A stretch of DNA of 64,000 nucleotides, from positions 44,084,001-44,148,000 of the forward strand of contig CM052816.1 of NCBI GenBank assembly GCA_028534125.1, given 5' to 3'. Origin of the DNA: Lama glama. Taxonomy: Eukaryota. The position numbers and the translations under genes are program-made. A model generated the notes under the pieces. That model saw only the letters and a list, made by a program, of their open reading frames with translations. It was not told where the DNA came from and made no database searches. How positions within the stretch are numbered: position 1 is the stretch's first letter; each line of letters begins with the position of its first letter. Below are positions 47,801 through 61,900 of the stretch, piece by piece.

Positions 47801-49992
47801 AGCACAGTCATGCTGCTCTAAATATTTCCATTGAATCGTGACACTTGAAAGACTGAAGCCAAATAAATAAGTATAATTTATTCTGCAGAAAAGTTTCTAG
47901 AAATGCCAAAAATCAAGAAAAATACTTGGTATATAGTGGCAAAGACACAAACACACATTTGTCAAACATTTTCAAGGAAGCTCCTCTAGGAAGATCTGTG
48001 ACAATGTGGTGACTTTTTATTTTGATATTTGTTTCCTTTTCTTTTCTTTAAATAAAAATTAATAAGCAGTAAACCTTGACCCAAAAACAAAAAATAAAGA
48101 ACACCAAATACTGCTCCCAGATACTTAAACTTAATCTAATGGTAAAGTAGTGGTTCAAAATGAGAACTATACAGTGCTATAAGAGGGATAATAGTTTTAA
48201 GATGCTATCTTGAACTAGAATGTCAGAATTACTGGACTGCCTGAAGGGGTAGAGAAGGCAGACCCAATAGACTTCCTTGAAAAATGGATCCCCAAGGCTC
48301 TTCAACTCAATCTAACAAGCGACCCAGTTTTCTTCTAGAGGTGCTTAAGAATTCTAGGGAAATAGGAGAAAGGAGACAAAGCATAATCCTGATTTTTAAA
48401 GTCCCCAATTGGAGAAATGAAGAAAGAATTCTCTCTCTGTGTGCCAAATGATGTACACATTAAAAAAACAACAGAAAACAAAAAACCCAGAAAGTACTTT
48501 CCCTTTCTGACATTAGTCCCACATTTAGGTGAAGGACCAGGAAAATTCAATGCTGGCTGACAAAAAGCTGTATTATAACTAGGTAAATTAGGGTAAAACT
48601 TGTATCTTTGGATTAAATATAGCATGAAAAGTGTAAGATCAGATCAGTTGAACAAGTGATCTGTTCAAGAGTAAATGCTCAAGGACAAATCAGGAATTAA
48701 GGGAACATTTCTAAACAATTGACCATGATCAGCTTCAGGTGATTTTTTTTTTTTTCCCCATAGTAGAGGATTTGGCACATGCAGTTGGTGATGTTTTTTG
48801 AATCACATTCCCAAGTGAATTTGTTTCCTTTCCTTTCTCGGTGTTTCTTTAAGAATGGGCTTTACCAGACTTTATATTTTGGTCTCAGTGTCAAATCACC
48901 CCTATCTTTTCGCTCAAACAGTAGAGACTTATGGCACGGTATGTTACCAATGAATTCTTCCTGGGGTTCCACGCCTTGCCTGGTTTTGAAGGGTGGAGGA
49001 TGGTCAGAGCCAAATACCTAGTTTTCGTTTTGTAAGCCATTTTCTTCAGCGACAGCTTTGGGAGTGGGGGGCAGGGCAGGGAAACCTCATGGTAGTGAAA
49101 AATCCTCATAAGTTTGAAAAATGTCAAAAAGCTTTAAAAAATTATTATGTAGGCATGATATGAAATATAAATCTCTCTAACTATGTGGACATTTACGTTC
49201 TTCTCCGTACATGATATGGAGACTTCTAATACTTATATATTAAAAATTTCCAAAAGCTGAACAGACTGTTTCAGGGAAAGCAGGAAGCCTACCTTTCATT
49301 TATATTTGAAACCTAACAGAACAAAACTTTTCTAATCAATTTTTAGAGACTATCAGAATAGTATAGAAATAAGAAAACTTTAAATCATTTCCTGCATTTT
49401 GTGTAACTTTGAAAAAGTCATGTATTTGTAATATTCCATCATTTGTTATACGTGAAGAGCCAACAGAAAATAATTTGTTTATAGGTTTCAGAAGAAAAAA
49501 ATAATGATATATTTCTTTAATACTTATGATTATGTAATTGTAGTGGAGCTTCCCAAATGCTTATCCCTAGGACAAAGGCTACCTACCCTTTAGCTGCTGA
49601 AGGAACCTCAGGCATCACTGAAATGTCATCAGTTTCTCAGTGCTCTGGGATAAATTTTAGAATCATGTGAGACAGGAAGTAACTGCTACTATTCTCTGTT
49701 ATTAGAGGCTTTATACATCTAGTGAAGTATCTTTACACATATTCAAGTATATATTTATGTATATATCTTTCTGGACTATCAGATTCACAGTTTTAATTCT
49801 ACTGGAAAATCACCACCTGGTGATGTAAAATTAACTTGATGGAGTTGGTGGCAAAATTGTGGTTATATTCTGTAGAAATTTAACTGTTACCTGGTATTTA
49901 CAATAGACCTTGAGACAACTATTTAGAAAATCACTACAAATATAATCTCAGCATGTAAGCTTTAACTTACTTAGGGAAGCATATCACATATA

Positions 49993-50150
49993 ATCACAGG
50001 ATTTTGTTTCAGAAAGAAACTAGGCATCCAATAATACTCACATTTAAAGTTTTGAGGGGATTAGGTCCAAGAAAATGAAGTAATTTTCTAGGGCCACAGA
50101 TTTCGGCCAATGACAAAATTAAGAAAATACAGATTTTCTGAACTACTTGT
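49993..50150 (-). mobile_element. MIR-like SINE (very diverged)
   Basis: tcacaggatttt...gaagtaattttctagggccacag...cagattttctga. Confidence 0.45.
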
Positions 50151-50447
50151 TTAAGATATTTTCTAATGCCTTACTCAAATATCAAGATTAAGTGAATTAG
50201 TCTAAAACTGTGTATTTTATCTTGCACTCAAAGCAGTACCAATACAAAAAATACTAATAGCAATGACTCAATGACACGAATTTTCAACCCGATATAACTT
50301 ATTTTCTATGTGAAGTAAGTTTCAGACCTGTATGAATAATTACATGAAATTTGTATACATTTACCTAAATTCTCTTAATTTATGTTTCCCCAAAATTAAT
50401 ACATACAAAATATGAAAGTTTGGTATGTATATAGTTTATTCCTCTTG

Positions 50448-50487
50448 GTTTGTTATAATTCTTCAGTTTGTTATAATTCTTCAGTTT
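50448..50487 (+). repeat. Perfect 18-bp tandem duplication (about 2.2 copies)
   Basis: gtttgttataattcttca x2 followed by gttt. Confidence 0.95.
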
Positions 50488-51294
50488 ATTACAAAGTAAA
50501 GATCAGAAAAATTATGTAATTTTCTCTTATCTGTATATATTTTTCCTTGCGAGAGATCACAAGGTAGAACATTTGCATTAGTATAATGATCCCTTAAAAA
50601 AATTGTGAGAATTGAAAGATACTAGTGTGAAAAATCCATCATTCACTTTTATTCCAGGACTATTACCTTTATTCTTACAAAGGCCAACATGTGTAACTTA
50701 AAAATAAAGATGCCAGGACCAGTCTACTACCATTGTAGTTTAACGTGCTTACCAGCAGTTAAGTATATTAAATATTAATCTCACCCAAGCCTTTTTTCCC
50801 CATCTCACTTTAATAGACTGGTTTTTATTCATCTGAAGTGGTTTCAATTTCCAATAGTGCATCAAAGTCAATAAAAGAAACGGATATACTGCTCCTACTT
50901 TTAAATCGCCAGAGATTTCTTTTCCAAATCATTAACCAAGGTGAGCATCTTACCACTACTTCCACAATTGCTTTTGCCTAATGACACTTGGTTAATATCC
51001 AGCAAAAGAATGTGTCTATCATAATAATAAACTGTTGGTCCCAACTGTATATCATCGTGTAGGAAGCCACATTTTCATTGACCACAGCCACCACAAACTC
51101 ACATTTTGTTTTCCTTTTCTGCATGAGCAGTGGTTTATTATATACTCAAATATCAGCATCTTTATCAGGACAAGTTCAAATGCCCAGTTCTGTTTAACCT
51201 ACATGTAGTACATGTAGTGATTTTTAACAGTGGTGGCCCAACTTTATGTTTTTAAGTCTGTTTAGAAATTGAGGAGTTGATTTTGATAAACAGA

Positions 51295-51465
51295 ACAGTC
51301 TTATGAAAAACAGTCCTAGATTAAAAATGAAAAGATAGAAATTACAGTCCCAGTTAAGATATTAGAGAAGTCACTACCCTCCAGTATAGTAAATAGTATT
51401 TTTTATCCATAATAAATACATAATGAATACAAATGTACCTCAAAGGGTTTAGTGGTAAAATGAGT
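51295..51465 (+). mobile_element. MIR-like SINE (very diverged)
   Basis: agtcccag...aagtcact...tttttatccataataa...gtacctcaaagggtt...aaatgag follows the MIR layout. Confidence 0.45.
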
Positions 51466-53881
51466 ATCATTATACTATAGATTGCAGTCAGTTCCTTAAA
51501 GCAGCAGAGCTGGAAACCTTTAGTGAGGAACTTTAAATCCCTAATAGGACTTATTTTCTATGTGAAGTGGATTTCAAACCTGTATGACTAATTACATGAA
51601 GTTAGTGTACATTTACATAAATGTAACCCAACTTAGAATTACAACATCAGATTATCTGTAACTTGAAAACCACGTGTCATGTATATAAACATTCATTGAT
51701 GTCATTAGGTTGAAATATTTTGTCAGGTCAAAGCAAACAATACACCAGTGACAGAGAAACACACAATTAGAATAAAGGGCAGAGTCCTTCACAAAGATAA
51801 CTGATGAAGAATGTCTTAAAGCAGATTTAGACTCTAAATTGTTGGCTTATAGCTTTGGAAATAGGAAGTAGAAAGAATCAACCATGGTCATTGTGCACAG
51901 CCTCTGGCCTTGTTTGACAAGCAAGAATTTTGAGTCATGTTTTACCTTAAAGAACATGACAAGGTCACCAACAAAATTCTGGAACTCATCCAAGCCTAGT
52001 GTTTCTAATTTCCAGTAGATACTAATCTTCAGGATATAGGAACAAGAAGTTAGAATTCCTAAGAATTCTTGGTTGAAATCATAAATTACTCTTCGTTTTT
52101 CATAATAAGGAAATTATTTACATGTTTCTGAGTATTAATGAGTGAACAAATAATTGGTGAGACAGTTATTTTCTAGAGTTATACTAAAATTTTCAGAAGT
52201 ATTTTGTGAAACTGAAACAATGACTAATAAATGCAAATATTATTCACCAATACATTGTGACAAGATTAGATATTTTAATGAAATGTAAAATTCTTGCTAT
52301 AGATAATTGATAAAGATAAAAAATAAAGGGGAGAAATCGTGCAAAATGACAAAGTAAAATCATATAAAACATTGAAAATAACTCAAATGCTTACTACTTC
52401 AACATTATCATTCTTAAAAATGGTTTTAAAGCACAAATCTCTAGCTTCCTTATATAAAAGTATTGATATTTGTTCCATGGTAAATATTCAAGATGTAGAC
52501 TATTTTCCTTTTCTGTTGACATTGAGCAGTTACATGGGCTTCCAAAAGCATTTTCACCTTGGGATTTGAGTATATATTCTTTCATATGAGCTCATTTTTC
52601 CAATGATGAAAACTTCTTTTCTGCTTTTCTTAATTTTGGTTTGCCTTTGAAATAAATAGTGATCTTGTTAATTCAGATTTGAAAACAGTCTTGGACTTCA
52701 CAGTGAAGATTTCATAACATTCACATCATCTTTTCTTTGTATTTCTTCTAGAATATTTTAAAGAATCATAGGCTATGGAAAAACACGCGAACACTGGAAA
52801 ACACTAGTGAGCATTATTGGATAGCATTAAAAAAAACTTTGTATTGCCTGTCTAGTTGAACAGTAGTACATGGGTCAACTGTCAATTTAATAACTTAATT
52901 TACTTTTAAATTTGTTTCTTGGAACATAGCTCATAGTCTTGTATAAGTATACAACATTTATAATATTTATTAACAATTATTTTAAAGAATGACTCATTAT
53001 AAACAGCACGCTAAGCCAGCAACAAACACTTAGAACAATACTGACAGTACCACTAGCAAAGCTGGCTGATTAGCTTGTGACTGCCTCTGGCCTTTGTGAT
53101 CTGGTCCTGGTTCCAGAAAACATCCACCTTAACATATGGCCCCGAGTGTCAGGGTATGTCGCTTTTTACTTAATGTCAGTGGATTCCTTCAAGCCATTAG
53201 CATCTCTGTATTGATTTTTTAGGCTTTAATTCTAACAGAAGAATTAGAATGTGTTCCAATTTTTCCCAGTTTCTCAACTGATCATCTTTGACATTCAAAA
53301 CTTGGAAAAATGTATAAATTTTCTAAGAAGCCCTGGGAAGGAGTTCCCATGTGAGGACAATATTTATGCTGGTAGTTATTACAGGCATATTCATTATAAC
53401 TCCTGTCTCATTGGTTTTTGAAGCTTGTACATGCCATCAAGTTTCAAAACTTCCGTCCACAGAACAAGGGAAAAGGATTCCTGTACTTGTTAATGCAAAA
53501 TAAGGCCACAATCACCATCATAAAGTTACCCCTAGATATTAGCCTCAGAAAGTAAGGGCTGTCCACTGACCTTCTGGCATACTATTTGGGAATGGAGCAG
53601 ATTGTTTATGAAGAAGTACTCAGCAGTCAATGAGATGGGGTGGTAAATGGGTCAATACTGACAGGCTTTGTAAGTGGAAGTTACATCTAACAAGTGAGGA
53701 AGTGATTCCAACAATTTACTATAGAAAACATGTGAATCCTTTTATTTTCAACTTAACTCTCTTAGGATTTCAAAGGAAAGATTTATGAGTGCAAAGACAG
53801 CATACACTGTGAATAATATTAGTGCCAAGAGGCATAAGAGGAACCATATCCCCCCTTCATTTCTGTGACCGTCCCCTACAG

Positions 53882-53902
53882 GTGTGTGTGTGTGTGTGTG
53901 TG
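53882..53902. repeat. (GT)n microsatellite
   Basis: About 10 GT units seen directly. Confidence 0.95.
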
Positions 53903-55090
53903 CAAAGTTGGTAAGTGCTTCCCAGACCTAGTTTTATTTTTATTAATGTATTATATAATTTGCTGGGCTTTGTTTTTATTTAGAAATTTGTCAAGTGCTT
54001 TTCCTATGTATAGCTATAGTTTTGCCTAAAGTTAAATGATACTTAAGGTTGTTACTAAAGTGCAAAAATACCAAAAAAAAAAACCAAAAAAACCCCAAAC
54101 AAAACCCCATAAAAAAACCTTTCAAGATGCACTGTCAAAATGAGAAATGAATGCAGAATACATGTCCTAGGAAATGATCTGAGCCTTATTCATTCTTTAT
54201 GTTTAACGGAACATTTTCACTATCATATAGAAGCTTCTTTTCCTTTAGAACCAACAACATTGATAGCTCACATACTTTGAGCTGTGGGGAGAGTGAATAA
54301 CATGCTTAATAAACATGCAGGCACTGATCTCTTTGATCCATGTGACTCTAAAGATTCCAGAGGTGATTCAAGGATTAATACTGTCATTGGGCATATTTTC
54401 CTCAAAGAATTCCTGAAGTTTTTGGTGAGGGGTGAGTTTAGTTACTATGTCCTTAGCATATGTCCTTTTGAAGAGCAGCTGTTCTACAGCTTTGTGAAGC
54501 AAAAACCCAAGACTAAGATGGGATCTAAAGCAAGCACAGGGGTGGTCAAATGGTCGGTTATGTCAATTACAGCAGGTTGGGCAATCTTCCAGTCCATCAG
54601 TTCTGCAGTGCCCGTTAAAGCGAGCATCAATGAGAAAGAAACATGCCTCACTTGACAGCCATAGGCTTTAGCTTAAGTTGTGTAAATACTAAGGAAGATT
54701 CGTGGAGTCAGAGTTTGATTTAAAAAAAAAATTGTATGTGATTAAACAAGGAGTTTGATTATTTTGTATAAAATGACGTACATTAAGTGAGTTAAGAATT
54801 GGGCTCACCAATCACAGGCATCTTAAAATCCCTAATGCTGTTAAATATTTAGGTAATTTTTTGGCTTCAAAATATTAACTTTTATGTCTTCTCTTTTTGA
54901 ATTCCATCGCTGTCTTTGCTAGCTAGGTAATAGAATATGTAATCAAAAGCATTAAACTTGTCGGTCTAAGACAACCTGAAAACGTGTAATAGCTTCCCTC
55001 TTTCCTACGTATACCTTAGGAAGCTGTGAAAAACTAGCATCATGAGTAAAACTGTAGTGTCCTGTGTCTGTGTGTGTAAGAAGGAAAGAG

Positions 55091-55200
55091 GTGTAGATAC
55101 ATATATATGCACACATATAAATCTGTATCTTTACATATATACATACCTACACATATGTGTAGATATACATGCATATATGTGTATACATACACATATATAT
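55091..55200. repeat. Degenerate (TA/CA/TG) low-complexity repeat
   Basis: gtgtagatacatatatatgcacacatat...atatgtgtatacatacacatatatat. Confidence 0.8.
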
Positions 55201-57944
55201 CTTCTGAAAGTTAATAGAAAAATAACTTTCTATTTTTGGAATTTTAATTTAAATGGCAACTTTTAAATTATATAATTAGAATTTATATTTTACTACTCTT
55301 ACATCAAGTGTAAAGCTATTTACCAACTTTGCAGGCTGGTACTCCAGTGAGATAGTTGGCACTCTACTGAGGTTGTCATGTGGCAACCTATTAGAATGTT
55401 CTCCATTGTAGGGATAAGGGATTTGCAGATGAGGCAGTTTCACAACATTTTTGATCTAATCGAAAATTGACTCCAATTAATATTTCCTCTAAGGCAAGAG
55501 AGATAGTCCATGGAGACATGTACCGTCTTTCACTCAAAGGTAATTATCAAGCTCCAGGAATGATCGGTTTAGTAAAATTTCCAGTGATCATATACAAAGT
55601 ATGTAAAATATAAATTGGAAGTCCGAGCATTCCTATAAATGTGACCAACACTTAAATACTTTCTGTGAAATATATTTGTACTGCCTCCGGATTTACCTAC
55701 AGTGTATGTCACAGTTAAGCATTTTACAGCTACATCCAGCTCTAGGCTGTTTGTTCTTTTTAAAAAATCTACTCTACCTGGAAAATATGTGTAAGCATAA
55801 GTACAGGTTAATAAGTGATAGGACAAATTGTTATGTATACTTATCGATAGTGTTTTACATAAATGTTGATATGCTAATATAACACACGTTTCCTGTAGCT
55901 TTCTATGTTGTTCTTCATTAATATAATTTGATTCCTGAAATCCTATTCTGTTTAGAATCACTAGAAAGAGCCTTTGACCTACTGAGGGAGATACTAAAAT
56001 AGATTCCTATGTGGAGAGAAAATAGAAGGGAATACTTTCTATTCATACTAATCCTGAAAATGTTCCAGGTCACTGACCCACACTGATAGGGTGTACATTA
56101 AACTCCACCTATCGTTTCATGATACATTTAATTTCTGGATACTAAATCTTAAAATGTTCCCATTATAACCTAATACATTGTTTTTCATCTTTCAAGGGGA
56201 ATGAAGATACCATGCAATTCAAGCTCTTTGCACACAGAAATGGAAATACTGGACAATGTACATTGCTTCATATTTTTGCCAAAATTTAAATGCCTATGTG
56301 GAATTAAGTGCCATGTTTAATCTCTGCTCCTTACATTTCTTTGGGAGTACAAGGAAATAATGCACTGTATTTTTATGGGCTTGGTAAATATCCAGGAAAA
56401 AAGTTCAGGTTAGAAACAATACAAAGGTTTAAAACTAAGGTTTTTTTTAAGGGGGGAGGTCCATTAATCACTGTACATGAGTACTTTTAAGGTATTATGT
56501 AGAAGTGTTTCAAAGGTCTGTAACAAAGACTTAATTGAAAAGAATTGTGTATTCTCATTTATTAACTTAGGTATTGTGATATGGGGAAATGAGTATTTCA
56601 GATCTTTTTAGGACTTTAATGAGCACATTTTAAGAGATTAGTAACGCCTCTTCAACTTGCCCAACTTCTCAACCCTGCTCTAAGGGAATCACATGAACAC
56701 TTGACCTCAGTAAGTTTTTAAGAAGAAAAACAAACTTCATAAAATTTAATCACATTAGTTGAAAGCTGGAAGGATGTTTTAATGCCTCTCCTAAGCCACC
56801 AAGTTCCATTACCTGAATCCTATCAACATAATCCTTTCTAAGGAAGAAAAGAATGAATCAAATGGAAAAGATTTGTAATTGAATTATCTTCAGTCTCAGG
56901 GCCAATTAGAAACATCTTTTATCAGCACACCTAGATATAACCTTGACTGGTTCTAATTAGTCCATCAACTCAGATAATAAGAAATGCAGGAACATTTTTA
57001 CAGGGTTGTAAATTGAGAAGAGTTCACATTGTTGATAGCGTGTGTACTATCTATGTATGAATAGATGGGGAGAGAAGAAAAAAGGAGTGCATTTATAATA
57101 GGGTAAAGTGTTATGACTTATAAAGCATTTCCATTAGTGAGTAAAGAAGGTCACTCTTTTGCACAGAAAGAATTACAGTTCTATTGCTGTCTGTGTTGTG
57201 TCGTTTTCAGATATTACCAGGTTTTAGCCATTTGGTAAAAAGTGAGTGTTGTATGTAGTTTGTATTAAAGTTGAGCTATAGGCACCATATAGGTTTTTGG
57301 CATGATTTTCTATAAACAAATGATAGTAAATATTGGAAGTGGATATTGGAAGTGATGGAATATGTGCATTGCTAACTGATTTCAGAGTAGTTAGAACATT
57401 TCTAAATGTCCAAGTCCATTTCAGAAGTGGAATTGAATACGAAAGGAAGCATGCTCAATTTTCTGTTCTGCTATTCTGTGTTAAGGAATATAACATTCCT
57501 GTTATTTTGTAGAAAACTTGATAACTGAGCAGCCTGAGTTCTCCTAAGAAGTGCTGTTATGGAATTAGAAAATGATCACTGTTGCATGAATTATTGTTTG
57601 AGTGTGGGTTATGGGTTTTATTTGATATTTTGCACAAAGTATCTATTCCATAGCTCTGGGTTTTAAGATATAATGAGTTGTTACTTAAAGAGCAAAACAT
57701 TTTGAACAGAGTTCTCCACGTGTAAATAAGAAATGCCGTAATTTTGGTAAAAATACATACAACCTATTTTTAAAGTTTTTTAAAAAAATATATTTCACCT
57801 AAAGTTACTTTAAAAGCTTTAATTACTTAGGGCCTTTTTTTCACTCATAGGTTTCCATGTAAATATTTGTGTGCTTTTTCTTCCAGATGAGTAATTGTGA
57901 ATAGCTTTAAAACAAATTCTACATACCCAATGAAGAAATTTCTA

Positions 57945-58060
57945 ATCTATTCAATGAACAAATAATTACTGAATATCTGCTAGAGACACTTACCATAAAT
58001 GAAGTCAGATTAAAAAAATAAGACATGGTCACTGCAGTCAACTAGCTTTTGCTCTGGACA
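57945..58060 (-). mobile_element. L2 3' tail (diverged)
   Basis: attcaatgaacaaataattactgaatatctgcta...aataagacatggtcactgc. Confidence 0.6.
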
Positions 58061-61000
58061 GACTTACCTATTTACCTTAATGTGGGAAAAAACTATGGGG
58101 AGGCAATATTTAGATCATAATGGATGTTTAACAGACATTTGTAAAATGAAAGATGAAAGTTTGGACCAATATGATATTTTCCAGTCTTTTCAAAATTTAA
58201 GCTATTTTTTAAAGTGCTACAACTACATCTTGCCTGCCATTTTTCATCACTAGCTTGTAAATTTATTATTCCTATATTTCAAATAAGAGAAAATATTTAT
58301 AAGGGAATAAAGCATTTCCTTAAACCACAATGCTCATTTGGCAATTATGAGATACCACAAAGAAATTTAAGCTAGAAAAGGAATATAATCAAATATAAAA
58401 TGTGCTGCATTCTCAACTCAGTGGTGAAGATCAAGATTCACATTAGTGATTTGGAGCTCTGCTAGTTGTAACGTTCATAGTTAGTTATAAAGCTGAAAAA
58501 AAAGCAGTTGTAGTGTAAACATACTGCCTGCAATTTCCAATTGTAATTTAGAAGAGTTACTCCAGGCATAAGAATTTCACCATTCACTACTTTTTACTTT
58601 ATGTAAATAAATTACATTAGCATAGCTAGGATAAGGATTTATTAACCTTACAGCTCAGTACCTATTTTTAATAACATATCTTTTGATAATATAAGTAACT
58701 GTGTAAATGGTAGTGGGGGACTATCATTTTTACTAGTTATCTGTACAAATATACTCTCTTTAGCAATTTCCTATTATGTTTGCATATACTAACTGGTTAA
58801 GGGTGGCGATAGTAGCAGGTAATTCTCAACTCCTTTGAGTTTGCAATTTAGAGATTGTAATTCTAGGTCCTGGCTCTTTTGCTACGTGTGACTCATAATC
58901 ATTAAAGAAAAAAATGTACCCTTACTGGCCCACGCTCCTTCTAGGGAGATGTAGGTCACGTACAATCTCCTGGTGTCATTCCCGTGTGCACAATACCATA
59001 TATGTCAATTATGAAATATGACTTCATACTTTGCCCCTGGGGAGAAAGAAAAATTATGCAGACATATAAAACAGAAATATTCCTTTCTAATCTATTGCCA
59101 AGAGAGTAATTCTTTGGGGATAGGAAAAGAAGAAGGCTGTGAGGAGTTAAATTTAGGTTAAATATTGCACTAAATTTATGAATTAAAAAAGAAAGGCAAG
59201 TTTGCAATCAGTTCCTTGTTCAAAATGGCAGCAAACGTAAATAAAATTGTAGAAATTCATTTTTTCCTAATAGTTTACTGGGATATTGTGCATTTATACT
59301 TTAGAGAATTATCTTAAGAAACTGAAAGAAAAAAGGTCAAATACAGCTAATAAAAATTGTTCTGTCTGATGGTAAGAATTAAACAGGTGCTATTTTGGCA
59401 TCCCTTTGCTAATGTGAAAGGAATGGCTAAAATACTGATTGTTAGTTCTATCCAAAACATAATATTTTCTGGCTTTTATTTGGAACTTTTCATGTCTCCA
59501 ACATGCTTAGTGTATATGTTTAAATTGTTTTCTACCTTTTGAACATCTGAACGTCAATCAAAGATACCTTTTTTTAGATATCCAAAAGAGCAGCTGTGAT
59601 GGATATTTTAAAACCATTAACTATACATTTGTATTTTTACTGATGTCTCAATGTCCCAAAGTTGCTGTAAGTTGTTACAAGAAAACATAAGGAAAATAAT
59701 GATCTTGGAGAAATATATTTTCTAACCAGTAGAACATCAATATGCCACTTTTGTTTTTCTCTGCTGACAAACTGTAGTGAGATAAAAATGCCTTTACTGC
59801 AGTCAAGTCTTACCTTGAGGTTAGATGCCATCTATCTGCAGCTAAGTTATTAAAAAACAGTATAATTCTTACCAGTGCCAAAACCAAAACCCAGGCTAGT
59901 AACGATTGTCTCAGTTTTCATAATCATTTCATGTTTAATCAGAGCCTTAAAATTGATAATCCTTTTGTTTTTCCTGCCTTTTCCATTAAAGATGAATTTA
60001 ACATGATTGGTGTCCAAAACAAGCAAAAGAAAGAACATAAGATAGTGGAGGAGGCAACAAACAGCAATGACCTCATATTTGCATAGTTCCCTAGAGCTGA
60101 CAAAATGCCATGAAATGACAAATAGAAAGATGAAAGTCCAGATTAGAATACTAACTTGAGTAGTTCCTTATTCTTACTAATATTATTTTACAAATTGTGA
60201 AGATAAGTGGAAAAGAGATCTGTTACTTGAGTGAGTTGTTATGATCAAACAATATGAACTACAGTCCATTCCACATCTCATAGAAAAGCTAGCTGCTTTG
60301 GGTTAATAAATTCTTTCCACTCAGAAACAACTGTTGCAAATATGTAAATTTTAGATACTAAAAGCGTTCCTTGAAGCTGATAATCTTCTTATAACACTCC
60401 CCTCTCCAGTTCATACTGGGATACTTAATATAATCTACAGCATCCTAAGTGGCACACTTCTGAAGTTTTACTTTGTAAAAAAGGCAACACAAACGTCTGT
60501 TTTGAAGGGTATTAGGATCATTTTTCTCTTAACTTTCAGATGTCAGAGAACAGTACTTGGATTTTACGTAGATAGATTTTATTTCTTCAGAATGCAAGCT
60601 CTGATTTCAGATTTAGTCAGAAAAGAGATACACATAAATCTGTATGACCAGGAGAGATAAGTAGATCGTAAAAAGTCCACACACACCATAACCCTGCACA
60701 TCTAATGCAGAGATAAGGACAGTTACAGATGATTATGGCATGGATAGCTTGATAATCTGTGGTGGATCTCTGATAAATTTCAAACTATAACGAATACAAT
60801 GACTCGTTTTTTTGTTAAGGAAACAAACCACGAAGGCATAAATTTACCCTGAGATTTGTGTCACCGAGAACTTGAATAGTTCAAAGTCAAACACTATGTG
60901 ACATGCTGTAGATTGCTCTCATGAAAGGCACTGTAGAAATGTCACCCGATTATAACCTACTGTATTTAAGAATTAACTGCAGCAGAACAGCCAGGAGACA

Positions 61001-61379
61001 TGAATATATACTGGTGTGATCGTCCCCCTCTATTACTCATCAGCGGTTAATACAAAGCACGCTTTTGAAAAGAGTCTATAAGACAAAGAAATAAACACAT
61101 TGTTAAAAGGCGTGCATTTACTATCAGGATTTCTTTTTATTAATTCTAACAGACCCTTGGACTATAGTATTTTCTCTTTAATAATAAGGGCCTTTCATTT
61201 AAATGATGCAATCAGTATGCCACAAGCGGGTTCTTTCTGTAGGGGGAGGAGTTAGCAGCTCCAACATTCAATTGACCTGTTTCCAAATAATCTACAGGAA
61301 AAAATGAAGATTAAGTCCTCTAACAAGAGCAGTTTTCACAGCCTTGCGTACAAAGAGAAGGATTCGGTAAAAAGATGAG

Positions 61380-61900
61380 AGGGCGAGCCGCATTGTGCTG
61401 GCCCACTTAAATCTTATTTCCAATTCACTAAATGTGTTATTTGACTTGGCAAGTGAGCTAGTATGTGTATTAGATCAGCAGGGAGCCTAATCAAGGAGAT
61501 GCCAAGTTTACTGCAGCCCCTCTGAGCTGCATTAGCCTCAACTAGTGACCTTAAGCAAAGTGGGTGGTTGAACCCAAAAGAGAATAGCATTAACTTTTGC
61601 TTGAAGTTCAGCCTGATTTGAAGTCTCCTTTTGTGCCTTACTCCAAAAAAAGAGAGAGAGAGAGAAAAGCAAAAAGCATTTAACAGAATTGAATCTAGTC
61701 TGCTCAGCACCATCTTCACACGCAAGGCTTCATAGAAGCTTGCCTCCATTAATGCTGACACATGCAAAAGAAATGAAAAGCATTAACTCAGCTGAGGCAC
61801 TTGATTTTGCAGCTGCAGAACAATTCACTTTGTAACTCAGTAACTCAGAGGGGGCTTTTCCACCCAGATAAACTGCTAATTTGCTAATTGATACAGAAAG
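61380..61900. promoter_or_regulatory. Candidate conserved non-coding element / enhancer
   Basis: Repeat-free; recurring AGCATTAA(CT) at 61586, 61779 and reverse at 61749-61756; doubled GTAACTCA and TGCTAATT. Confidence 0.35.

Larger units (their letters stand above)
50297..51622 (+). repeat. Dispersed direct repeat: two 74-bp copies (50297-50370 and 51549-51622)
   Basis: Manual ungapped alignment gives 65/74 identical; both begin acttattttctatgtgaagt. Confidence 0.92.

Noticed and set aside
50297..51622. Direct repeats as LTRs of a small retroelement or as a CRISPR-like array
   Set aside because: Only two 74-bp copies, no TG...CA termini, PBS or PPT seen, no repeat-spacer periodicity, and the DNA is mammalian.
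54284..55961. 123-aa and 130-aa ORFs
   Set aside because: Non-ATG starts, no homology recognised and no splice context; consistent with chance ORFs.
60520..60660. Plus-strand acceptor-like sites (also near 19412, 41555, 57887)
   Set aside because: No convincing paired donor or recognisable peptide; such sites are common in AT-rich introns.
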